Below, in pieces: positions 55,539-64,000 of a stretch of 64,000 nucleotides of DNA. Both the position numbers and the translations under genes were made by a program. Under the pieces are notes generated by a model, which was not told where the DNA came from, did no database searches, and saw nothing but the letters and a program-made list of their open reading frames with translations. The stretch lies in contig CAVRJG010000054.1 of the NCBI GenBank assembly GCA_963721455.1, forward strand, positions 175,215 to 239,214, in the 5' to 3' direction. The stretch comes from an uncultured Methanosarcinaceae archaeon (lineage in GTDB: Archaea; Halobacteriota; Methanosarcinia; Methanosarcinales; Methanosarcinaceae). The number at the start of each line of letters is the position of its first letter. Position 1 is the first letter of the stretch.

Positions 55539-56546
55539 ATGGACGAGATTGAAGTTAGAGAATTAGTGCCATCCGAATACAAAGATTGGGATTTGCTTGT
55601 AGATAAAGCTCAACCTGGTACACTCTTTCACACCAGCCAATGGCTGGAAATTTGCAGGGATGTCCTTGCCAGGGATCTCAGGATCTATGGTTGTTTCAGA
55701 AACAGCGAGCTTGTGGGAGGGTGTCCCCTTTTTGTAAAAAATATTAAGGGAATCTTGAAAGTGGCAACTTCAACATGTGATATGACTAGCTACAGTGGGC
55801 CTCTTATAAAAGAGGGTGCCAGCCCCAAAGCGAGCAAGAGAGTACAGGAAACTCACGAAATCCTTAACGCTCTGAGGGAATTCCTCTGCAAGCAGGGATT
55901 TGACAGTATTCACCTGACATTTTCTCCAGGGTTTGAGGATATAAGACCGTTTACGTGGAACGGATGGGATTCCACTGTGCATTATACTCATTATCTGAAC
56001 CTGAAAGAAAATGTAGATAATAACATTTCACGAAGGATCCGAAGGGAACTTCAAATTGCAACTGAGGCAGGACTTAAAACAAGGGCATGGAATGATCCTG
56101 AAACATATTACCATCTGCTTTCAATGGTCTACGAAAAACAGAATTTAGCACCTCCCCTGCCCAGAGAGTTCTTCGAAAGAGTATTTAAGCTAATTCAGGA
56201 AAAAGATATTGGTTATATGTTTGTCTCAGAGACTCCTGAGGGCGAAGCTGTTGCAGCTCACTTGAATCTGTACGGAAAGAAATGCACTGTAATCTGGACT
56301 TCAGCTCTGAACCCGGATTTTGGCCGTTTGGGCCCTAATGCTCTTCTGTATTATAATGAATTTCTTGACCTGAAGTCCCGAAATTTCGAGTACATGAACG
56401 TAATGGCAGCAAATACTCCTAGATTTGCGGATTTTATTATGAGCTTTTCTCCTGAGCTAATTCCCTATTATAGTGTGACCCTGGAGAGCAAAAAATATTC
56501 AATCGCGAAAACCTTATACAAAACCACGCATCAGGAAACTTACTGA
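55539..56546 (+). CDS. FemAB-like / GNAT acyltransferase-family protein
   Basis: WDLLV...GTLFHTSQWL N-terminus, tandem GNAT organisation, PNALLY. Confidence 0.7.
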   Translation: MDEIEVRELVPSEYKDWDLLVDKAQPGTLFHTSQWLEICRDVLARDLRIYGCFRNSELVGGCPLFVKNIKGILKVATSTCDMTSYSGPLIKEGASPKASKRVQETHEILNALREFLCKQGFDSIHLTFSPGFEDIRPFTWNGWDSTVHYTHYLNLKENVDNNISRRIRRELQIATEAGLKTRAWNDPETYYHLLSMVYEKQNLAPPLPREFFERVFKLIQEKDIGYMFVSETPEGEAVAAHLNLYGKKCTVIWTSALNPDFGRLGPNALLYYNEFLDLKSRNFEYMNVMAANTPRFADFIMSFSPELIPYYSVTLESKKYSIAKTLYKTTHQETY

Positions 56547-56733
56547 TAGAAGAAAGGAGGATTTTTATTAACAATACAAGAGTAGGAATTTTCCCGAAAT
56601 TACTTCTCTTTTCTACCTTTTTTAATTGTCTTTTTTCCGGATTGAAAGTCTGCTTCTACTTCTGCATAAGGCTGTATTGTAGGATTAAGATTTACTTGGT
56701 AAACTTTTGGGAGATGATTTTTTTATAATATAT

Positions 56734-56850
56734 AGGACTTACGCACTTATGATACAAAATCAAGTTCTGTAGGCGTCATAGTTAAAATTTGAATTTTCGG
56801 AAGTTGTGAGTTTACTGCTATTGGTTTTGTACTTAAAGTGCGTAAGTCCT
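56734..56850. mobile_element. MITE, 117 bp
   Basis: Perfect 15-bp TIR AGGACTTACGCACTT / AAGTGCGTAAGTCCT, extending imperfectly to about 30 bp; flanked by AATATAT at 56727-56733 and 56851-56857. Confidence 0.88.
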
Positions 56851-57073
56851 AATATATATTTCCTTAGCTCCCAAATTTTAAGCGCATACGCCTAATTCTA
56901 CAGTCTAATAGGTCAGATGATTGTGATTTCAAAATTAGAGCCTACCGTTCATGTGCTTAAGTTTAAGCACATACTTCTATATCATGAAAAGCTTATGCAC
57001 TTAAAAAAGCGGAACTTAGGGTATATAGTGATATATATATACTTATATATAACTGGGATGCCTTTAAATTTTG

Positions 57074-57505
57074 ATGCTTCTTTTTGGACATATAGGTGTT
57101 ACACTGGGGGTATTTTTTGGACTGTCATTTTTTATACCACAATTAAGGACCATTCTAGATCCAACATATCTGGTCATTGGATCACTCCTTCCAGACTTAA
57201 TAGATAAACCTCTAGGAATGATACTCTTTTCTTCTACCATTGCAAACGGACGGACGATAGCTCATACATTGTTATTTTCTTTTATCCTCTTTCTGACAGG
57301 TTTATACTTATATGATAAAAGAGGAGATCTCAAAGTTCTTATCCTTGCATCATGTTCTATTTTTCACCTTATGGAAGATCAGATGTGGTCATCGCCTCGA
57401 ACTTTATTTTGGCCTCTCCTAGGATGGCGTTTCCGCAAAAATCCGCATCATACTGGACTAAAATACTTATTAATACTTTTTAAAAGATCTTTTAGAGAAT
57501 TATAA
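57074..57505 (+). CDS. membrane-bound metal-dependent hydrolase (YdjM-like), possibly C-terminally truncated
   Basis: GH, LPDLIDKP, RTIAHTL, HLMED, LFWP motifs. Confidence 0.8.
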   Translation: MLLFGHIGVTLGVFFGLSFFIPQLRTILDPTYLVIGSLLPDLIDKPLGMILFSSTIANGRTIAHTLLFSFILFLTGLYLYDKRGDLKVLILASCSIFHLMEDQMWSSPRTLFWPLLGWRFRKNPHHTGLKYLLILFKRSFREL

Positions 57506-57934
57506 AAAAGACGATACTTATCATTTGTCATATGTTAACGAATTTTATGAGAATTTTTATTATTTTATGGATTTCTGACGATGGTAGTCAACTGCCAATG
57601 GAATCAACCCCAAATTTTGATGATCCTGGAAGATATTATAAAGTATCTCACTGTATGATATTACTATTCGGTTTTAATAAAAGCTTACGTTATTGATGTG
57701 GATTCTTGAAGAATCAAGTTAAAGACGAGTCAAATCGGGAATAAACCATTAGATTTCATGATAAAATCTGATAGTGAAAAATAGAAAGTAATATCAAATC
57801 TCTATCGTCAGTGAAAACAATAAAGACAGAAGCTTTGTCAGTATAACCATTGACTCTGCATCCTGTTTCTTTGTAGTTAAAGAAAAGGATACAGAATCAA
57901 TTATATTTTAAAGAACTTCCAGTACGCTGCCATT

Positions 57935-58219
57935 TTATTCAATTATTTCTATTTTTTCTTTCTTGACAAAGGGCTTACTGATTTTTTCCGGCATCCAGGC
58001 AGGTCTATTTTTGGGGGCTTTGACAATTTTTTTCCATGCCTTGAAAACGTGCATCTTCTTTGTCCCACGTTCCCTGAGTCGGATAGTATCCGGTTTTGTT
58101 TTGGTCCCGTCGCCCCGGTTTGCAGCTTTCAGAGCAGCCTGACGAGGCTGTTTTCCAGTGAAAACTCCGTGCTCATTTCCGTCTTCGTCCCGTAAAACGA
58201 AATTTCTCATGTCGGATAT
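57935..58219 (-). CDS. non-histone chromosomal protein MC1 (ATA at 58219 in the canonical start position; next ATG 58210)
   Basis: RNFVLRDEDGNEHGVFTGKQPRQAALKAANR...IRLRERGTKK...RPAWMP, the MC1 signature. Confidence 0.93.
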   Translation of the reverse strand: MSDMRNFVLRDEDGNEHGVFTGKQPRQAALKAANRGDGTKTKPDTIRLRERGTKKMHVFKAWKKIVKAPKNRPAWMPEKISKPFVKKEKIEIIE

Positions 58220-58583
58220 AAAGGTCACCTCATAAATTATTTGCTAGAAACTGATTGATTTTTTAAGTATATAAAATCTTTCTTATGATGTTGCCGATAG
58301 TGGTTGGTTTATGAAAAATTCCCATTATCAAGAGGATTTATTAGATTTTGCCGATGTGTTTCTTATGATTTTTTTGCATTTACCAGGGCGGTAGTCGGAG
58401 TAAACAAGTATATTCCTACATACTATGGAACAATCTGGTATAGAGACGCACAGGCAAAAATCTTGAAATTTTCATTTTTGGAGTGGAACTTCAGGTAATA
58501 AAAGAGATTATCCACAAACCAATTTTATTTTCAATATTGAAAGGAATTACTGAAATATTTTATTATACTTTTTATTTTGGGAT

Positions 58584-58610
58584 AGCAACGTTTTACCTTA
58601 AAATGTTGCT
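58584..58610. promoter_or_regulatory. palindromic operator-like site, with a partial second copy at 58854-58873
   Basis: AGCAACGTTTTA-CCT-TAAAATGTTGCT (11/12 arms); TTTTACCTTAAA(A/G)TGTTGCT occurs twice. Confidence 0.4.
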
Positions 58611-59179
58611 GATTTTTAGTAACCACGTAGTTCTTGTCTACTTGCAGCTATTGCTCCAAATAATAATGTTATAAAAACTGAATCGCGGAATGTCGAGAAT
58701 GTCAAATTTTTTATTTTTGAAAAATATAGAATTGCTGCTGCAAATGTTATTATAAATATGAAGATTCCTAACATCACATTCATATTGATTCAATATGTTA
58801 AACATATAAATTAACATTTTCTGTGAAGCTTCCTTTCCTAATTTTGACAGCTATTTTACCTTAAAGTGTTGCTATAAATTTTTATAGTTTTTTTGCGTCG
58901 ACTCTATTCCGGTTTCCGAAGATTCGGACAAGAAGCTACATTTTTCGCTATATCTTTTATATTTTGCATTACAACTTAAACACTAATTTTTGATTTGTTT
59001 TGTCATTTGAAATAAATTTAGAATATACATGGTTATTTATAAAGGTAATATACTAGTATGTCATGCAGGATATTTGGGGAATCTAAATTTATAACTTGCC
59101 TGCATAAAAAGATCATATGGGATATTTGAGGAAGCTAAATTCATAACCCATTTGAATAAAAATATACAGAGGTAAAAAC

Positions 59180-59290
59180 ATGAGTGAAACAGACAAAAAT
59201 ATTGCGCCAGAAGCTGCAGGCAAAACTAATGCAGCACTAAAAGATGAGAAAGTATCAAATCCAGATGTCAAAATAGAGACATCTAAATAA
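59180..59290 (+). CDS. 36-aa hydrophilic small protein (not in ORF track)
   Basis: GAGGT RBS, ATG, MSETDKNIAPEAAGKTNAALKDEKVSNPDVKIETSK, tandem stops TAA TAG. Confidence 0.6.
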   Translation: MSETDKNIAPEAAGKTNAALKDEKVSNPDVKIETSK

Positions 59291-59638
59291 TAGGTTTTGA
59301 CCGTGAGTTATTGATTAAATCTGAAAAATCAGGCACAATTTTCATGTTTAGAAAAAATGTAGAGATTTTTGCTTACGTTTTTCAATAACTCATCCCAACG
59401 ACCCGATTTTGGTAATTGCCGTTACCAAAGGTCCGAGTAGTAATCATACAAAACTGACAAGTGCCGTTATTTTATTTTGATCTGGAATTTCTGAGATTGA
59501 TCACAAAAAACGAGTATGGTCTCTGCATTTGAAAAAAAAGTAGAGAGCTTATTATACTCACTGTTTTCAGTAACTTGCGGATACAACCAATTGTAGATAC
59601 GTTTGTTTAAAATAAATTTATTTATGGAGTTGATAATT

Positions 59639-60061
59639 ATGGTAAGTAGAGATAATTCAAATTTTTTGTCAGCCAGCACACTAAAAGGAGATAGGGTTGT
59701 CAATAGAGCTGGTGAGGATCTAGGACAGGTCGAAGATTTTATGATTGACTTGAAAAATGGAAGGATAGCATATGCAGTGCTTTCTTTTGGAGGGTTCCTG
59801 GGTATGGGCAATAGACTATTTGCTATCCCTTGGCAAGCCCTTAAACTGGAGCTGTATGAGCACGCTTTCATCCTTGATATCGATAGAGAAGTCCTGGAAA
59901 ATGCAGAAGGCTTTGAGAAGGGCAAATGGCCTTTAACTTGTGAGGAACTATCCAGAGTGTATATTTACTACGGATATCAACCTTACTGGAAGAAAGGAGT
60001 GTTGGAGCAAACGGGAATTCCAGAAGAGATATCAGCAGAGAAGCTGGGATCGCTTCAGTGA
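59639..60061 (+). CDS. PRC-barrel domain protein
   Basis: LSASTLKGDRVVNRAGEDLGQVEDFMID...YAVLSFGGFLGMG...IPWQAL. Confidence 0.9.
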   Translation: MVSRDNSNFLSASTLKGDRVVNRAGEDLGQVEDFMIDLKNGRIAYAVLSFGGFLGMGNRLFAIPWQALKLELYEHAFILDIDREVLENAEGFEKGKWPLTCEELSRVYIYYGYQPYWKKGVLEQTGIPEEISAEKLGSLQ

Positions 60062-60130
60062 GTTGTGAAAATCGTAAACACAAGACTCTTCTACATTTTC
60101 CCAAAAATGAGAGGTATACTTGTTTCTGAT

Positions 60131-60246
60131 AGGACTTATGCAGTTAAGGTACAAAATAAAGAACGAGGATATCTGTCATAAATATTATTATTTAGATCGT
60201 TTGGAGTCTCAGGATACTTATTTCCCAGTTCAACTGCGTAAGTTAT
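60131..60246. mobile_element. degenerate MITE of the same family as 56734..56850
   Basis: AGGACTTATGCAGTT ... AACTGCGTAAGTTAT ends, 116 bp, shared TACAAAAT subterminal motif. Confidence 0.7.
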
Positions 60247-60300
60247 ACCATAATATAATAGTTAATTTATCGGTTAAAATAACCACAGGGGGAATGAAAC

Positions 60301-60465
60301 ATAATTGATTTGATAGGACTTGCAGTAGCCCTTTTAGTATTAGCATTGATTGCGTATGTATTGGGCGCACGGGGAATTGCCGGGTTCTCTATGGAGATTG
60401 CTAGGTGGCTCGTCATAATCTTTGTTATACTCGCTATTATTTCGTTTTTTTATGGGCACATTTAA
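60301..60465 (+). CDS. DUF1328/UPF0391 small membrane protein (ATA start, or TTG 60310; not in ORF track)
   Basis: [54 protein letters not shown]; GGGGGA RBS 7 nt upstream of the ATA. Confidence 0.8.
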   Translation: MIDLIGLAVALLVLALIAYVLGARGIAGFSMEIARWLVIIFVILAIISFFYGHI

Positions 60466-60847
60466 CGTTTAATCGATGAATATATGATAAAATAACCCCA
60501 AAATGCGATTCTCAAGATATTGAGAATTCGTTTAAGGCGACTGGCAGTGAAACAAAGACAATTGAAAAGCATTGCTTTTACTACAAACGATTCCGTGATG
60601 ATCAAGAGAATGCGTTGTAAAAAGCATAACGAAATCTAAATCAAAATTCGATGTTTTCGATATTGAGATATTAGCGATGAAAATAAATAAATTTGTCAGA
60701 CATCTGTGGAAGGTAAATAGTTATTGGAGATTATCCACTTATAAATCGATCCTCTATTATTATCTTGTTTATTTTAAATCCATTTTTATTTAATTAGGCA
60801 AATTCATGCAGTTGGCCCAAATAGTCTAATTGCATATGAGGTAAAGA

Positions 60848-61713
60848 ATGAAAATGAAATTGATAGTTTCTTTGTTAGTTTTATTCCTGGTTTTTCCTCT
60901 GGGATTCACGCAAGCGCAGACTGGAGAAAATAATACGACACGTAATATGACCGGAAACATGAGTAACATGATTGGGAATATGACATGTAACATGACTGGT
61001 ATGGGTAACATGACTGGAAACATGACTAACATGACCGATATGGGTAACATGACTGGGAATATGACATGTAACATGACTGGTGTCATGACTGGACATGGGT
61101 AATATGACCGATATGGGTAACATGACTGGGAATATGACATGTAACATGACTGGTGTCATGACTGGTATGGGTAACATGACCGATATGGGTAACATGACCG
61201 GGAATATGACAGTAACATGACTGGAAACATGAGTAACATGACCGATATGGGTAACATGACTGGGAATATGACATGTAACATGACTGGTCTCATGACTGGA
61301 ACATGACCGGTAACATGACCGGAAATATGACCAGTAACATGACCGGAAATATGACATGTAATATGACTGGGACCATTACTGGAACCATGGCTGAAAATAT
61401 GGGTGATATGACCAGAAACATGGGTAACATGACCGATATGGGTAACATGACTTGGAATATGAGTAACATGATTGAAGTCATGACCGGAAACATAGTCGGT
61501 AGGGGTAATATAACTGGAAATATGACCTGTAATATGACTGGAATCATGACTGGAACCATGGCTGGAAATATGGGTAATATGACCGGAGATATGAGTGATA
61601 TGGCCGGTAACGTAACAGACGGAAATATGAGTAATATGACCAAACGATAAAACGATAATAACTACATCGATGACAGTAACAACGGTATCGATGACGATAA
61701 CAGCAGACAATAA
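60848..61713 (+). pseudogene. predicted secreted Met/Thr/Asn-rich NMT(G/C/D)-repeat protein, interrupted by single-base indels
   Basis: GAGGT RBS, signal peptide, then the repeats continue through four frame segments (breaks near 61094, 61212, 61300). An acidic tail lies in frame after the TAA at 61650 and ends at 61713. Confidence 0.75.
60944..61640 (+). repeat. coding minisatellite of AACATGAC(T/C)GG-type 9/12-bp units with higher-order repeats
   Basis: Dozens of aa(c/t)atgac units visible directly. Confidence 0.9.
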
Positions 61714-61750
61714 TAAAGATTAAAAAGAGACTTTAGAAAAGGGAAGTACC

Positions 61751-61930
61751 ATGAAAACAAGCACTCAGGACCAAGTGGAAGGTAAGCTTCACAAAGTGAA
61801 AGGCGGGATTAAGGATATTATAGGGAAGCTGACCAAGGATCAAGAGTTGGAAGCCGACGGTAGCATTGAAAAGATCGAAGGCGAGGCACAAGAAAAGGTA
61901 GGAAAAATTAAGAAGGCATTTGGGAAGTAA
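61751..61930 (+). CDS. CsbD-family stress protein (not in ORF track)
   Basis: MKTSTQDQVEGKLHKVKGGIKDIIGKLTKDQELEADGSIEKIEGEAQEKVGKIKKAFGK. Confidence 0.88.
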   Translation: MKTSTQDQVEGKLHKVKGGIKDIIGKLTKDQELEADGSIEKIEGEAQEKVGKIKKAFGK

Positions 61931-62369
61931 AAGAGTGGCGTATCATGCGCCTGCACCCAGCCGTCTAATTCCTAATATGTCACAACGCTCGGGTTGTCAA
62001 TTTGGTAGATCTTTCTTGGGTAAACATACTGGCTAATTAAGCAATTACACTGACCCTGCATAACTGATATTTTGGGACCGTGGCTACCTATTCTCAACCG
62101 TGGGCTGCATATTTTTGACATTTTTGGCATTTTTTGACTATCCCTTTGAATATAACCTATAGTCACCATTTTAAATAATGCGACATTTTGTGTGTAAATA
62201 TATGTCTCTCCCAAAACTCATCCAGTTCTTCTTTTAATACTTTAATATTTTTGAATGATTTTATTGATGTTAACTCTTCTCTTGTCGTTTTCCAACAATA
62301 TTCTGTTGGGTTCCTATCTGGAGTAGCTGGAGGGAAAAATAGTATTTGCAACCAATGTTTATTATTTTG

Positions 62370-63625
62370 TAGCCCCTTCCTTATTTCCTTATTCAGAGAA
62401 GGCTTGTAATTCCTTCCTTTCCTTTATCCCATAGTTTACAGTTCCCCCCACCAAAAGTACAGCTAAAGAGCAGTACTTTTGAACAGAACTCTTCGTATAT
62501 CTGTGCAAATCTTCCATAGAGTACGCTTTCTTCGCCAATTTGAATATATCTTCTATGATTGATCTTACAGATCTGAATTCTTTCCATTCGCTTATTAGTT
62601 CTTTAAATTTTGCAATTATTTCTTTGTAGAATTTTATTTCTTTTTCAGTATTTCTTCTTGAATCAAATATTTTCAGAGGATATCTCAGCATATTGAAAAG
62701 TTTCTTAAAATTACAGTTTTTCCTTGGGAATATTAGAGGTACTACCTTAAACTCTCTTACAGATATAACGTAGTTTTCATAGGAATAGTATCCTCTATCA
62801 GCATAGATAATGTCTCCTGCTTTTATTATTCTCCTTCTTTTGAGTTCTTTGAGTATTTCTGGATAAATTTTAGGTTCTGATACATTTGCTTCATTAATCA
62901 GAAACGCTAGAGGTTTCAATGTTTGAGATTCAAGTGCAAGAGTCAGTTTCATGCCAATGAAGAAACCTCTGTGTGTTGAGTGTCCCCACTTGTATTCTTT
63001 ATTTTCCAGGCTTTCTTTGGTAATCTTTTTAGCATGCCAGTTCAGGTTGAGATTTATGTCTGTACTGTCAATAATAATGCCTTTTGACCCACTTTTTCTC
63101 ATAGGGCATAAATCATTCAATAATTCAAAAACAAAAGCAGTAAACTGTTCTGGTTCATACTTGCTAAGAATACCATAAATTTCCTTTTGAGTGGGTATGG
63201 AACTGATTTTTAAAAAGGTTCTCAAGCTTTCTCTTTCTTCTAATTCTCTGATAGCATAGGAGATTTCGCAGGAAAAAAACAGGCTCAGAAGGACAATTTT
63301 AATCGCAGGCACTGATTTTTGGAGGGGCAGGATGCCCCTCTTTGTAAGGATTTGTCTGCAAGATCTCAAATCAAAAACATTTAATATTTCGGACAACAAT
63401 TTCCATTTGAAATCTTCGTTTAGTGGAATAAGCGGAGCTTTCATAATATATCGCCAGAGGAGGATGGTACGTCCTCCTCAATAAAATTTACGGTTTATTT
63501 TTACTTTAATTTTAATTTTGGTAAAAAATATGATGTACTTTTTTTGGGGAAACTACCAATATCCTTAATTAATGGAATAAAAGAGAAATAGTCTTCAGTT
63601 TGATGGTGAATTTAAGAGGACCCTA
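62370..63625 (-). mobile_element. IS5/IS4-like DDE insertion sequence, 1256 bp, nested in the IS630 transposase gene
   Basis: Direct repeat TATTTTG at 62363-62369 and 63626-63632; imperfect TIRs TAGCCCCTTCCTTATTTC / TAGGGTCCTCTTAAATTC. Confidence 0.88.
62389..63444 (-). CDS. DDE transposase (IS5/IS4-like), intact
   Basis: IIDSTD, GMKL, ADRGY, RSIIEDIFK catalytic motifs. Confidence 0.9.
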   Translation of the reverse strand: MKAPLIPLNEDFKWKLLSEILNVFDLRSCRQILTKRGILPLQKSVPAIKIVLLSLFFSCEISYAIRELEERESLRTFLKISSIPTQKEIYGILSKYEPEQFTAFVFELLNDLCPMRKSGSKGIIIDSTDINLNLNWHAKKITKESLENKEYKWGHSTHRGFFIGMKLTLALESQTLKPLAFLINEANVSEPKIYPEILKELKRRRIIKAGDIIYADRGYYSYENYVISVREFKVVPLIFPRKNCNFKKLFNMLRYPLKIFDSRRNTEKEIKFYKEIIAKFKELISEWKEFRSVRSIIEDIFKLAKKAYSMEDLHRYTKSSVQKYCSLAVLLVGGTVNYGIKERKELQAFSE

Positions 63626-64000
63626 TATTTTGATAAAATTCCTTTACCTTTGAGGATCTATGCCATGTAGCCCTGTCCAGTATGAAGAAATATCCTTGTC
63701 CCTATATCTCTTTGAAACTTGATTAATGATTTTAAATAAGAGTCTGTATTCTGTGTACTTCCTAAATCGTACCAATAAAACTCTCCATTTTCAGTGTAGA
63801 ATCCCCCAATATTGATTTTGGCTTTTGAACCACCTGTAAATTTAATAGGCTTTGAGCCTTTGATTGCCCAACATCTTGATCTATTTGAATCCACACAAAA
63901 ACTGCTCTCGTCGTGAGTGACGAATAAATGGTTAGGGTTTAGTAATCTTTTTTGAACTTCGGCTATAAATTCGTTTGTGAATGCCTCATTCCGCTTTTTT

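Larger units (their letters stand above)
62158..64000 (-). mobile_element. IS630-family element (truncated by the window end), interrupted by a nested IS
   Basis: Minus-strand pieces HDESSF...INIGG, ILDRATWH (after a +1 shift) and PPATPDRNPTEYCW form an IS630 DDE transposase. The stop lies inside the end sequence TGACTATA. Confidence 0.85.

Noticed and set aside
60311-60326. Third MITE end (TAGGACTTGCAGT)
   Set aside because: It lies in the DUF1328 coding frame (IGLAV), lacks two bases of the TIR and has no partner end.
60826-61710. His-rich (SHVTHI) and PVML-repeat ORFs on the minus strand
   Set aside because: Reverse-frame readings of the NMT minisatellite; only the plus strand has an RBS and signal peptide.
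1-64000. Pyrrolysine (TAG) read-through as the cause of split genes
   Set aside because: The breaks in pepN, mcrB, the IS630 genes and the repeat gene are frame changes or TAA/TGA stops, not in-frame TAG.

Overview
This is a Methanosarcina-like archaeal chromosome segment, judged from the MC1 chromatin protein, the cobA-hemD-ahbC haem genes, archaeal-type LeuRS/ValRS/RPA and long AT-rich spacers. The housekeeping backbone comprises leuS (partial), thrC, korAB, hmgA, valS, rnz, an AAA ATPase, glmU-glmS-glmM-glmU, an osmoprotectant ABC transporter, RPA plus partner, dys and pdaD. Accessory DNA includes an AT-rich McrBC-like pair whose mcrB has an unrecognised N-terminal domain and a 1-nt frameshift, a kinase plus two-HAD module, a GH13 enzyme, two IS630 elements (one interrupted by a second IS with an exact 7-bp target duplication) and two MITEs. 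From about 55 to 62 kb lies an AT-rich stress-type island with an MC1 copy, a PRC-barrel protein, three small proteins missing from the ORF track, and a predicted secreted Met-rich protein built from about 40 N-x-T/S sequons. Four genes have ATA or CTG where the start codon is expected. Single-base indels cluster in pepN, mcrB, the IS630 elements and the repeat gene; I cannot tell real decay from assembly error. I saw no rRNA, tRNA or CRISPR array. All family calls come from motif recognition by eye, not database searches.
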